A stretch of DNA of 64,000 nt, taken from assembly GCA_963514005.1 (NCBI GenBank), contig OY740800.1:41540001-41604000 (forward strand), read 5' to 3'. Below are positions 25,707-38,219 of this stretch, piece by piece (position 1 is the stretch's first letter; the number at the start of each line of letters is the position of its first letter). Below the pieces are notes generated by a model. It was given only the letters and a program-made list of their open reading frames with translations, searched no databases and was not told the origin of the DNA. This DNA is from Raja brachyura. Its lineage: Eukaryota. The position numbers and the translations under genes are program-made.

Positions 25707-26880
25707 TTCACAAACAAGAGATCTAATAGAAGATAAATTCAATAACAACAGTTCTAATCTCACTTTACATTCAAAGCAGAAAGTAAAGATACATTTGCTT
25801 TGAATTTATGCTTGGTCGCCTCACAATGACAAAGATGACATTTATTTGATGCCATTTTTCAATTTATAAATTATATTATAGATTTTGTTATCAAATGCAA
25901 AACTGACCTGCTCTGACATTTGCTTGTCAAGTACAGTGGATTGTATTTACTACCTTATAAGATCTCTATGCATCAAGCCATTAAACATAAAACTATGGTG
26001 GAAACTAACAAATGACAAAATACATAAGAGTTCACGCTTGCTGTCACAATAATATTGCTAAGCTCATTGGGCAAAACATCTCGGACAACAATTTGTGCAC
26101 ACTTGGTTACTTTTGCTACCTTAACAAGTTGACAAACCAATCATTGGTCATTTCTTTTCATTAATAATTTACTCAAAATGCAGTAATCCCAGTGTTGGTA
26201 GGGCAGAAAATGATTGTGTTCACACGATCACTGCATTTTTCATTAGTCTGGTGCTTGGAAGCACAGCATTTAAATCAAAGAGAAGATAAACATTTGTTAA
26301 AATCTTCATGCACAACCAGGGGCAATGAACGGTCTTAAGATTTTGTGAAATACCCAACATTGTCAACTGACATGTGTGTCCTTTGTGTTATTATTCATTT
26401 TATCTAGATTAAATCCAAATTTTATTTTCTTTGTGTAAATTTAATTATTTTAGTTTCTGTTCAAAGACAGTGAGAGATCCACGATTAAAAAAAATGTTAA
26501 CACAGACCTCTAAAGAGCTTATTCAAGTGCATTATGTCTAAATGACAAGTTTGACATTACCTCTGGGTAACATTGTCCTCAGCAGGTGTCTTGACTTTCA
26601 ATGATCTATGAAGCTTTAAGACCTTGTTGACGCCGAATATTTATTTTCTTTGATCTTTAAAAGAGACAAAAAAGTATGCTTTAAAATCTCACCAGCATGT
26701 AGGGACCTACAGTAAGCATCGCAAAACAAGTGTGTTCATTTGATAAAAGATATGTGATTGAATTTCCCACATTTCTTTGCGTCCACAAATGAACGTAGCA
26801 TTGAAGGCCTAATCCAATTACATTGCTATAATGTTTGATCATTGGCTTCTCTGACCTGCAACCTGCTCCTTTAGTTTGTT

Positions 26881-27006
26881 AAAGAAGGAACTGCAGATGC
26901 TGGAGAATCGAGGGTTACACAAAAAGCTGGAGAAACTCAGCGGGTGCAGCAGCATCTAAGGAGCGAAGGAGATAGGCGACGTTTCGGGTCGAGACCCTTC
27001 TTCAGA
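26881..27006 (-). mobile_element. Penelope-derived 126-bp element with intact hammerhead core and 15-bp TSD
   Basis: Flanked by ctcctttagtttgtt at 26866-26880 and 27007-27021. The minus strand begins tCTGAAGAagggtctcgacccGAAAcgTCgcc. Confidence 0.9.
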
Positions 27007-27021
27007 CTCCTTTAGTTTGTT

Positions 27022-27232
27022 GGATGAAGATGGACACAAAATGCTGGAGTAACTCAGCGGGTCAGGCGGCATCTCTGGAGAGAAGGAATAGGTGATGTTT
27101 TTGGTTGAGACACTTTTTCAGACAGACCAGTCTGAAGAAGGGTCTCGATGCAAAGCATCACCTATTCCTTTTTTCCAGAGATGCTGCTTGACCCGCTGAG
27201 TTACTCCAGCATTTTGTGTCCATCCTTCCATC
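27022..27232. mobile_element. Fold-back copy of the Penelope-derived repeat
   Basis: Long inverted arms (gatggacacaaaatgctggagtaactcagcgggtca / tgacccgctgagttactccagcattttgtgtccatc). Confidence 0.85.
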
Positions 27233-27754
27233 GTTTGGGTATTTCTATTAAACTCGAGGCTTAAATATATTCAGAATAAAGTCCCATTAAATCTTTCAGC
27301 TCCATTCCAAAATTGCAACATACAATGCCGATTTTTTCTTAAGTGTAATATTTTATACTTGTTTGGGATTACATTTCATCTATTATTCAACAGGCCATTC
27401 ACAGCGCTGCCAACATTGGGTGAGTGTTGGGAGTGAGAAATTGCCAGAGACCAAGCCCGAGGGACCGAGTGTGTGGGGTAGGGTGGGAGGGGTGCTTTTG
27501 CATTTTTCAGCTTGAAATTGTGCAATCTGGTGCATACTGTAGCAAGTCTTTTGACTTGCACTTGAATGCAATATTTATGCTTTAAATTGGATTAGCTATG
27601 AATAAGGTTAGGCAAAATTACATTCCTAATTACATTCCACAGTAGAGCCAGGCTCTGATCAATAGTTGGTGCACATGAACGATCTTAGTATATTCATGTA
27701 TGGAAATCAGATTATAATCAAACACTTGGCCCATGTTGACCAACCTGGGTCTCA

Positions 27755-27870
27755 CTGCACACCTGGTACTACTCCTGACCCTGACTCCAATTGCATACCT
27801 TCTCTCATTCCTGACCCCGAGTCCAGCCTTACACCTGGCCCCCTATTCTATCCTGATCATAGCTGCTTAC
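27755..27870. repeat. Decayed ~33-bp minisatellite (continues at ~29010-29075)
   Basis: Recurring ctgcacacctggtactactcctgaccctgactc-like units, split by the MITE. Confidence 0.55.
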
Positions 27871-27877
27871 CTGCTTA

Positions 27878-28968
27878 AGGGCCTGTCCTACCAGCATCCG
27901 ACTCCATGCGATGAGCGCGATCAAACTAGAAGCGGGGGCCGCGCGGAGGTCGGGTGATCCCTGTACAGAGCCGTTCCCACCAGCATGCGCCTGCATGCTG
28001 CAAGCGCGACCAAACCGGCAGCGAGGGCCGCGCGGAGGTCGGGTGAGTGGTGCAACGCGGCGCAAAGTGAGGCGAACTTGGAGCAAAGTCTTAAAGGTAA
28101 GTTCGCCAGGACAGAGAGGGGCATACAGAGAGGGACACATAGAAACATAGAAATTAGGTGCAGGAGTAGGCCATTCGGCCCTTCGAGCCTGCACCGCCAT
28201 TCAATATGATCATGGCTGATCATCCAACTCAGTATCCCGTACCTGCCTTCTCTCCATACCCTCTGATCCCCTTAGCCACAAGGGCCACATCTAACTCCCT
28301 CTTAAATATAGCCAATGAACTGGCCTCAACTACCCTCTGTGGCAGAGAGTTCCAGAGACCCACCACTCTCTGTGTGAAAAAATTCCTTCTCATCTCGGTC
28401 CTAAAGGATTTCCCCCTTATCCTTAAGCCGTGACCCCTTGTCCTGGACCTCCCCAACATCGGGAACAATCTTCCTGCATCGAGCCTGTTCAACCCCTTAA
28501 GAATCTTGTAAGTTTCTATAAGATCCCCTCTCAATCTCCTAAATTCTAGAGAGTATAAACCGAGTCTATGCAGTCTTTGTTCATAAGACAGTCCTGACAT
28601 CCCAGGAATCAGTCTGGTGAACCTTCGCTGCACTCCCTCTATGGCAAAAGAGGCACACACAGAGGCACACACACAGAGGGCCACGGAGCCACACACATAG
28701 AGGGTCACGGAGGCACCTACAGAGAGGGTCACAGAGGCACGACGTCGAGACGGTGTGTAATGCGTCGAGGCAACTGCGAGCCGACAAGCCGTTGCCGCGC
28801 GGAATTTTTGAACATAGTCAGTTTTTCGGAGCCCCGCGCGATGTCGGGACGAACTCCGCACAATTCCGGCGATCGAAGTGGGACCGGCCCCACGACGCCT
28901 GGACGGCTCAAGCGACTACGTTAGGTCGCGCTCATCGCATAGAGTTGCATGCTGGTGGGACAGGCCCT
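27878..28968. mobile_element. PIF/Harbinger-type MITE with nested CR1
   Basis: TIRs agggcctgtcctaccagcatccgactccatgcgatgagcgcga / tcgcgctcatcgcatagagttgcatgctggtgggacaggccct, flanked by TTA/ATA. Confidence 0.85.
28136..28644 (-). mobile_element. Young CR1 LINE 3' end (open ORF2 C-terminus)
   Basis: Uninterrupted AIEGVQRRFTRLIPGM...FFTQRVVGLWNSLP...GYGEKAGTGY*, then 3'UTR and (catagaaa)n tail. Confidence 0.95.
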
Positions 28969-30536
28969 ATAGGTTCCCAGTGCTGAACACTCCCATTGTC
29001 CCAGCTTTGACTGCACACCTAGTACTATTCCAGACCTTGACTCTGGCTGCACACTTGGCATTGCTCCTAGCCCCTCTGCACTGACAATATATCTGGCCCA
29101 CACATAAAGCCCCATATCTGACCCCACGGATTTAACCTATTACTTTCAAGTCCACAGGTGTTTATCTAATGCGGTAATCCTTTATGGGGCACTTCACAGA
29201 CCAAATTTTGTATAATAAAATTTGCTACATACATTGGCTTCCTTGTTATCTAACATGCTGGTTACTTTGTCAAAGAAGTCATCAATTGGTTGAACACAAT
29301 TTCTCATTCATAAAATTATACTCAGCTGTATAAGTATTCTGTTACCATTTCCTTCATTTTCAGGACAAGCTGTCCTGAAACCATTTTCACCCCCAATATT
29401 TTCAGTATTTTGCTGTCTTCCTCTCAGATGAGACTTTTCCAAAATGCAAAGTCCAATAGCTATATATTTAAGCAATATTATTCTATTAAATTTGATCTTG
29501 AGAATACATAATATTTTCGGTGGTATTCATAACACTACAATTGTTTTGATTGCACCTATCAACATGCATACATTATTATATTATAGTTAATATGTACCGA
29601 GAGCAAATTTTTGTTCCAATGATCCCCATTCCCAATTACTTTTACATTGAAGTGATTGAAATCCAAGTGGAGTTTAAATGGCATCAGAAAAATAAAACCT
29701 CCGGAATGGATGATATTCATTACATGGTTGGTTGGAGTCAGTATCAGCACAATGATTATATTAAACTTTGAACCTTCAGATGTCCTGGTTCAAGCTAAAA
29801 CGAAAGACAAATAGTAACCTCCTCACACATTCCCCTGCAAGTATCTCTGTCACTCCTTTAAAATATGTCCCTTCTTTGAACAAGCTCTTAAACATTGCAT
29901 CTGAATCAGTTTCCATCTGCTTACACTCCTTGGGGATGTCCATCTACATGTTCAATTAATAAAACAACGAGATTGGGGACATTTCTATTCAACCTGTCAA
30001 AGGAATTTGTGGGGGGGGGAGGGGTAGAAATAGTCAGTGAGATAAACAAACATAATAGTTGAATGGCAAATGACAATAGTGCTACCTTCCCAATTTTTAA
30101 CTGAAGGAATTAATGGGTTATCGGGGCTGTATGTTGTGACAGACAGCCTGACACCTTGCATGTCATTTTAATATTACACTTATCCCTTCCCCCTGGATAT
30201 TCCGGATTAATAAATTAAGGTTTGTGAACTCATTACAAATCAGGCTAATTACAAATCAATAACATTAGCCAACTCCGAAACATGAAGCTCTGAGCATTGG
30301 GATCCAGACATCACGGACAACTAGCCCCAGTCCCCCACTCACATCTGGCAGTGTTCTCCATCTGAACCAGGGGCCGCAGAGCGCTTTTGAAAGTGGGGGG
30401 GGCGAATGATCACTGATCACTGGCCTTAGGGGTAGGGACTTTTTAAAATTTGATGTATTAAAATCGTGTTTTAGTGCATTGTAGAAGTATGATTTCAATG
30501 TTTTTTGTTGGAAGTATTTTTAAGAGGTGACTTTTT

Positions 30537-30765
30537 AAGGGGTTACTTTTTCCACATAAAGGGTGAAGGGTGTATGGAACAAGCTGCCAGAGGAGGTAGT
30601 TGAGGCAGGGATTATCCCAACGTTTAAGAAACAGTTAGACTGATACATGAATAGGGCAGGTTTGGAGGGGTATGGACCAAAAGCAGGTAATGTAGCTGGG
30701 ACATGTTGGCGGGTGTGAGCAAGTTGGGCTGAAGGGCCTGTTTTCACACTGTACCACACTATGAC
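30537..30765 (+). mobile_element. CR1 LINE 3' end
   Basis: tggaacaagctgccagaggaggtagttgaggcag...gggctgaagggcctgttttcacactgta. Confidence 0.85.
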
Positions 30766-30834
30766 TACATTATACCTCCACCATGCATGAATACTTCAAA
30801 ATCAAGTGGTGGAGATTTATTGCCATATACTCAA

Positions 30835-31177
30835 GCATAGAAACATAGAAAATAGGTGCAGGAATAGGCCACTTGGCCCTTCGAGCCAGCACTGCCATTC
30901 AATATGATCATGGCTGTTCATCTAAAATCAGTACCTTTCCTGTTTTTTCCCCCATATCCCTTGATTTCGCTAGCCCCAAGAGCTAAATGTAACTCTCTCT
31001 TGAAAACATCCAGTGAATTGGCCTCCACTGCCTTCTGTGGCAGAGAATTCCACAGATTCAGAACTCTCTGCGTGAAGAAAGTTTGTCCTCATCTCAGTCC
31101 ACACTGGCCTACCCTTTATCCTTAAACTGTGACCCGTGGTTCTGAACTCCCCCAACATCGGGAACATTTTTCCTGCA
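30835..31177 (-). mobile_element. CR1 LINE 3' end
   Basis: (catagaaa)n tail and AGKMFPMLGEFRTTGHSLRIKG motif. Confidence 0.9.
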
Positions 31178-31453
31178 GTTACAGTAAGGGAAAATCTAAC
31201 AGGCAAGCAGGATGCTTTCTCCAACCACTCCCATTTGAAGGCCACTGTTTTCCACTGTTTCTACCCAATGCTTTCTTCCAGCAGCCACTGGTTGTCCTCC
31301 AGGATGCACCAAGCCGCAGCCTGATCCATGCCGCACACCTGGGCGAATGCGGCACAGAGACTCTCACGGCAGCGGTGCAACGCTTCCGACGCCTACAACG
31401 GCCAGGGACTCTTGCACTGAGTTCTGCTCCATGGCCGGAGCTGCAGCGAGCGA

Positions 31454-31517
31454 CTCGCCAGCCCAGCAAACACTCGCCAGCCCAGCAAACACTCGCCAGC
31501 CCGGCAAACACTCGCAA
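31454..31517. repeat. 19-bp tandem repeat (~3.3 copies)
   Basis: ctcgccagcccagcaaaca repeated inside the right arm of the DNA transposon. Confidence 0.85.
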
Positions 31518-33294
31518 GCCCCAGCTCCCCATCCGCATCTGCCCCCGCTGCTGCTTCTGCTTCCATCCCTCCCTCAGGCCGGCTCTCCATAACCCGTGGC
31601 CCATGCAGTTGATATGTGTTTTGAAATTTTCGTTGATCACAGAATTTCTCACGACAGAGCGTGAGAAATTTGTGATCAGCGTGAGAGCGTGAGAGTTGGC
31701 AGCCCTGCCATTCATCACTTAATCATCATATTAAGCTCAATCCATATTTTCTGAACTGCCTTTTACAATTTCATTCTCTTTAATTTTGTATAATTTTCAA
31801 AAATTATGTCATGTAGTCAGTTTTTCACCTGGGTTAATTATGCACATTAACTATGATGGTTACAAGATTGGATCCTGTGATACATAATTCTTCCGATGAG
31901 TAATTGCCTCTTCCTTCATTTCAGCTAGTTTCTTGCCTGTTCCCAGGGTTTATCTACTTTTCCCATGCTTTGAGTAAGACTGATAGCCTTTCATATTAAG
32001 TGTTAAAAAATGTCTATGGTGCACCAGATCTTGGGATTTCCCGTAGTTCAAGTAGACTGTCACTTCCTCAGTTTTTGAGCAGGTTAATCTGGCAAAAACT
32101 TCCCTGCTAGTTCTACATTGATCTCTGCTTATTAGGGCACCAGTGGCCCGATCATTCTCCAGTTTATTCCTGACAGTTGATTCTGTACCTTTACATGAAA
32201 AAGACCGATGGGACTGGTCTTTCCTGCTTAATTATCCGTTATGAAAATGAGCATCATGTTCACCAGTTTACAATTTATTAACAGCCCCTTTCCAGTGGCC
32301 ACTTGTTCTCCCTAATGTTTGTGGATCTTATTACTATGATAAATATCCTTCACCAGGAATTTATTTAATTTAAGCACCTATCTAGTAGTTCTCACATAAA
32401 ATTAAGTAATTTGGTGAAGTCGTCACCTACATTATGAAACATGAAAAATAATAATGGTTTAGTTCAGCCCAGATTACATTCATAGGAAGAATAATTTGGC
32501 AAAGTTAATAACAGATACCCGATTCACTACATTGGGTTGTAAATACTTGCCAAAGTTGAACATTTTGCTCATTAATTTTATTTCGGATATTCTTAAGGAG
32601 GGTACATGGTTCACAATCTTCATCGCTGAACTCTTGAAAAATATTCTGCATTTTGCTATTATGAGCTCATTCACAATTTTTAACATTTGTGCTTTTCATT
32701 TGCTTAGTTAAACCACAACTGCCTGAAACAATGTTTTACAATTAGGTTTCACCATTTGCTGCTGGTGTTAACTTTCCCTTTTCACGTGTGTGTAACAACT
32801 TCACCCAGTAAAACCAACCTGCCATAATCACAGAATGCAATAAACTAATGGTGTGATATAGCTGCGGTCTTGCAGCGAACAATAATGCACTAATCCTGGA
32901 TGCCACCACTGTTTCTGAAAGCTGTTCCTTTTTGAGTACCAATTCAGTACAAATTTGTACAAAGATCTGTAGTTGCTCTCTCGCTGTAATTCTGTACACA
33001 TATCAAACACAATCATCACAGGAGTAATATCCACACAAAACATTAGGCTAATTGAAAGAAAACAATTTTAAAAAATACTTAAATAGAACATTATAACACA
33101 TTGGTGATCAAAAGTTGCTTTGGAATGAGCTGAACACTATTGTTGAATATGTGAATCAATTTTCTTGTATTAATCCCAGGTTATGGATATCTTGTTGGAG
33201 ATTAAAACATCAAGGATATGGAAAAAAGCTGTTCGAAGCAGATCACTCCTGTGCTTCCTTTGTTCATTCCAACCAAATGTACAACGTGGCATTC

Positions 33295-33357
33295 TCAGAC
33301 TCAGTGGGCTGAAGGGCCTGTTTCCAGGCTGTATCTCTGAACCAAACTAAACTAAAA
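33295..33357 (+). mobile_element. SINE/CR1 3' tail
   Basis: gggctgaagggcctgtttccaggctgtatctctgaaccaaactaaactaaa. Confidence 0.7.
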
Positions 33358-35309
33358 GTGGTACGGTTTGTTTACTGTTGTAATGTTACAATGCTTATTG
33401 ATCAATCGATATTTGCAAAGCAAGAGCCAAGATGTTACCCAGTGGTAAATGCTAATTGCAGCAATTTATAAAGAAGAATCTTAAAATAAAATATTTCTTG
33501 ATATTCAGTACACATTCTCTGGAAAATTGATATAATTATTCTATCCATTTTAATAAAACAAATTGGATCAGTTTCTGACATTGAGAATGCAATGAGCTAT
33601 AATAAATAAAGAAGTCTATCTGCTACGGTGGCAATTCTGAACGATATCTTGCACAAATCAATATGCCCTCAACAGCTTTGAACTAGCTCTTTCCCATCAC
33701 GTAGCATATTCAGACAAACTGCTCTGACCCAACCAAGTAATATTAAAAAATGCTCACAACTGTTTCTAGTTTTCAATTCCATTTCTGAAAATGTACAAAA
33801 AGTGTACTTTTAATGTTGAGAGGAATTATGAAATGTTTAAAAGCACATACTACCAAAAAGGGCACTTTTGTTGATAACTATTTCTTTAAGAACTATTTAA
33901 TGGGATTTAACTAATTATTCAACAAGGTGTATCATGTCTCTAAATACCCTGTGTGTGTGGTATTGCCAATGCAAAAGGTGAAAAGTTGTGAAAATGGCAA
34001 GTTGCACCAATCACAGAGGGTTAACAAATGATATCAATACATTCCTCTCGACCTTCCCTTTCAATATCGCTGCTTTCTTTGAATCTGTTGGTTAATGAAA
34101 TTGTACGTATTTCACCTTTCTTTCACGAAGTATTGTTATGGTGATTTTAAGTATCCAAAGCAATAGTGAAAGCTCACTCTTCTTAAACCATATGTTTTTA
34201 ACAAAAGCTATAAAGTACTTGTATTTTTAGGCATAAACAGGAGAAAATTCAAGACGTAGGGAGAAAAAATATGAATCTCATAGATGAGATTGACAGTGAA
34301 TACACATGCAGATTAACACCAAAAAGGTGCAGCACTGAACCACAAAACACCAAACAACAGCAAGAAAAATTAAACACAAATAAACAACAATTAGGTTAAA
34401 ATTACAATACATAACACATGTCTAAAGCTGGAAGGCAGCAATTGGCTGAGCACACAGAGTTTGTTTGTTCAGTTGTCACAAAACTAAAGGATCCTGATCA
34501 TATGATGGTCACTAGATATCGTTATAAAGGTTCCTACTTGACATTGTCCACACATTCTCTGTCATTCATGTTTCAGATATAAATCAAACATTCTTATTTA
34601 GTAGAACAATGGTCACAATTAAAGCCACATGGCCTAACGTCATACAACCTTACTTCAAAGCAAATGAAATAACCTTCCTTTTACAACCAACGTAACTGAA
34701 GCATTAACATTAGAATTAATAATATAGTCAGATTACAAATCCTAAAAACGATTAAATGGTGACTTGTGGCTCTTTTGATTGGGAGCATAAAGACGTCACA
34801 GAAAATGTACTAATAAAAATTAATAAATGGCATTTTTTTAAAATTCTAATAGCATAGTTTATTTTTAATATTGGAGTAACAATATCATCACCCTAATTAT
34901 AAACATTTTTTGCTCAACATAAGCACACTATTTAAAAAATGTACATATTCAGTAATATAACAATCACATTACAATATTCAATATGGGAGAAGGAAGAGGA
35001 GGCCAGGTAATATTATACACACCAAAGTATTTGGTACTTAATAAACCAAAGTATTAAAAAATCTTTAAAAAACTTGCAGAATACTTTTTGTTTAAATGTC
35101 AATTTAATTGATTTATTAATTTATATTCCAATTGATTTATTGGAATACATTTGTTTAAGAAAGAAAAGTCCTATTTGTACAGAGAATTTCCTAAATGTTA
35201 GATTATAGCAAAATTATTTTATGCTTAAATGTTGACGAGATTGTGCAAAATGCTCGCTGTGCCATAAGTGGAAAATAAATTGGATTAAAAACATTAAGAA
35301 CTTTTAATA

Positions 35310-35450
35310 TTTAAGAAGGAACTGCAGATGCTGGAAAATCGAAGGTAGACAAAAATGCTGGAGAAACTCAGCGGGTGAGGAGGCATCCATCTATGGAGCT
35401 CCATAGAAGCTGCCTCACCCGCTGAGTTTCTCCAGCATTTTTGTCTATCC
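35310..35450. mobile_element. Fold-back Penelope-derived element with 14-bp TSD
   Basis: Flanked by aagaacttttaata (35296-35309, 35451-35464). Palindrome centred on ctatggagctccatag (35391-35406). Confidence 0.9.
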
Positions 35451-36079
35451 AAGAACTTTTAATAAATAAGCTATCAGTAATAAAATAATTCAATTTTCAT
35501 TCTAAAAGAGGGCTTAATTTATACAGATTTGCTTCTCATTGGTTGATAGTAAAATTGCAATAGTTTCCAATACAAAGAATAAAACAGCAACATTACTTGT
35601 AGAGCCTAGTGTGAAATGTTATTAATAAATTATTGAGGCTCAACAATGCACCAAAGATACTAAATAGAAGGAAGTTAAAAGTAAACAAAAAAAAATCACA
35701 AGGTACTTCACAAATGGGTACAAGACTTTCGGTACCGGGAAAGAAGAATGAAAACTAGGTCAAAGCAATGGGTTAAAGGGAATACAAACGTAGACACACA
35801 GAGGGGCAGTTTTAACTGAAATTTTACATTTCACACTCCATCCAACTTTACATTTGATGATTTCAATGGAAAGTAAATTGGGTGGGGTGCATAGGAACAT
35901 CTCATTTAATCCTGTCAGTTTTAAAGTAATCGGATAGGTTAGATTAAGTTATATTCTTAGCTTCTATTATTTCTAATATGCATTGAAAGTAAAGAAAAGG
36001 TTAAAGAGTTATTAGAATATGAATCTCAATACCGAGAAATCAGCGAAGAAATGCCAACCGTAGGAAAATGTTGGATCTT

Positions 36080-36475
36080 CTGGAAGAATGAAACGTGATC
36101 TCAGTGAAACATAAAATTCTCATGGGTTGGACTGGGTAGATGCAGAAATGAGACTACTCTGGGCTGGGTTGTTTAGAACATGTGGGTGGATGGAAGGGGC
36201 ACAGTCTCAAATAGGGCTCAGCCATTCAACAAGGGCTGTAAGGAAATGTCATCATTGTCATACATTCATTGGAGTAACTTAGCGGGACAGGCAGCATCTC
36301 TGAAAAGAAGGATTGGGTGACGTTTAGGGTTGAGACCTTTCAGACTCATTTACTGGGTATATTCAAATTTAACCAATGTTATTTGGATATTAAGTCAACT
36401 AATGTATGATTTTCCGGGATAGGAAACAAAACGTTTTTCACTGTATCATGCTACACGTGACAGTAATAAACTAAT
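36080..36475. mobile_element. Cluster of decayed CR1, Penelope-derived (36270-36346) and Rex1-tail fragments
   Basis: Recognisable motifs of each family seen elsewhere in the window. Confidence 0.6.
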
Positions 36476-37290
36476 ACATTTCCAACCATTGGCAGAGCAG
36501 GTTTGAGGGGCAAAATAGACATCTCCTGTTTCCAATTTTAATGTTTAAAATGGCAATTTTCACTAACACCCCTTACAGAACTAAGCATATAGTAGTTTTG
36601 GCTTCCCTAAAGTGAAGATAATGGATACTAAACTCAATAGCTCCTGAAATTGGGCACAAAAATGTCAATATGTGATTAGCTTCACACCCATTCGAGGTAA
36701 TGAGGGAGGGCATTAACTTTGTATTGCCTGTTAATTATTGAGATTGCAGTGGCCGAACAGCGTTAACCATGCTATTTATTAACTAGATGCTGCGGCAGGA
36801 GGCCAATATTGCAAACAGCTAAAAAACTCTTTTTTTTTTAAAGCCTCACGGTTTAAACTAGCTTGAACCTGTTACAGGGAGGTGCAGTGTAACTGGTGCA
36901 GGTGCTGGCAGGCATTTTATAACAAAGAGGCAACAGGCCACAGAATGGTCTATATTGCTCTCAAGCACCGCACTGGAATCCTAGGTGGTGCAGGTGGAAG
37001 TGAACAGCATGTCCAAAATCCATGGCGTGCCTGGAATCCTCGACAAGCATATTGTGATGCTAAGGGGAGCACAGATTTCAAGAGACGAGTGCTGGTCAGG
37101 CAGTGCAGGAACAGAAGAAGATTTGAATGAAAAGGACATAAAGTATTTTGATTTCATGTTCACAGTCACTGGTTTAGGTATTCACCCACAGTATTTTAAG
37201 GAAGAGGACAGAGTCATGATCAATACAGGGTGAGACACTGGGTATGACTGGTTTGCAGCAGGCAAAAGGAAAAGGATAATGTATAGTCTA

Positions 37291-37309
37291 AGCCACTAGA
37301 GGGCAAGGT
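37291..37309 (+). promoter_or_regulatory. Candidate CTCF binding site
   Basis: agccactagagggcaagg matches the CTCF core CCACTAGRGGGC. Motif match only. Confidence 0.4.
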
Positions 37310-37589
37310 CACACCTTGCTACGATGGACCGATGGAAGAACACTGTACAATGGTACATTCATTGGAAAGCCTGTGTTCAGTGTAAAAGAAAATAGAAAAA
37401 TCCCGCACAAACAAGATTCAAAGCTTTGCTTGGAGCTGGGACTACATCCTTCCCAACTCTGTTTGCACAATGCAGCAAAACCCATCCAGCATCTGAGTGC
37501 TACTGTTAAATTCTACCCCAGACATACAAGCTCATGGCTGGCATTGCACTTGAGCTTGCACTTGAGCTTGCGATGCTTCACAGTGGCAC

Positions 37590-37760
37590 TGCGTTCTGCC
37601 CCTTCGAAGGAAAGAAGCATTCAGCTCCCCACTACTATATCTCCAAACAATGGTCTTATTGTTGTATGTCAGCCAGTTACTGGGGTCAAGGAAAGAGCGT
37701 TCACGTCGCGGCCCTGTTTCCACCAATCTTTCCACCACCACGCTGCATAAGAAGCGCAAG
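37590..37760 (-). pseudogene. Decayed Myb/SANT-like ORF of a PIF/Harbinger element
   Basis: RFLCSVVVERLVETGPRRERSF...VWRYSSGELNASFLRRGRTQC resembles the RFS..LE.LVE.V..RR..L / W..IA.E.NA...RT..QC pattern of Harbinger Myb/SANT (NAIF1-like) proteins. Confidence 0.45.
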
Positions 37761-38219
37761 ACGCCATTGTATGCAGATGCCGAGAAGTGTGTTCAGCTCT
37801 GGCTGGACAATTTCTAATCTTGTGATGTGGACTCAATAAGAAGAAGTCAGTTACCCCAAGTTGCCGCCACCCATGCAGTATCCAGCAAGGTCTCTTTGAC
37901 AGAGTGCTCCTAAAAACCTACTGAACCCATCTGCAGTCACCTCTACTAAAAGCCATTGAGCATTCCCCTGCATTACTGTGGCCACTGATGTAGTATTGGA
38001 TTGAGAAACAAAGGTTGACAAAGGCACATACCTAAGGAATGCATAGGTGATCAACTGACTTTTGCAATGATTAAGACATGACTTAACATAGAATTAGACA
38101 ATCACACTCAGGTGAATTATTCCTGGGAGGCCAGGCAGCAAAAAACATTCTAGGTTGCCTCTTTCCTACCACTTCCTCCTCTTGATCCTGTTTACTGTTA
38201 ATTTGCAGCAAGAACGAAG

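Larger units (their letters stand above)
27402..31707. mobile_element. TIR-bounded non-autonomous DNA transposon (hAT/P-like ends) enclosing other sequence
   Basis: Left end cagcgctgccaac, right end gttggcagccctg (inverted match). Both have subterminal gtgaga repeats and are flanked by ccattca (27395-27401 and 31708-31714). Confidence 0.6.

Noticed and set aside
28229-28861. 210-aa ORF as a functional gene
   Set aside because: A chimera of MITE internal repeat and the CR1 ORF2 C-terminus.
31454-31517. CRISPR-like repeats
   Set aside because: Head-to-tail tandem units without unique spacers, in a eukaryotic context.
31129-31718. Overlapping 179-187 aa ORFs
   Set aside because: GC-rich transposon arm with a tandem repeat, open on both strands, with no domain signature.
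36985-37233. 82-aa protein-like ORF
   Set aside because: No recognisable family or convincing splice context. It lies within the fossil Harbinger block on the opposite strand.
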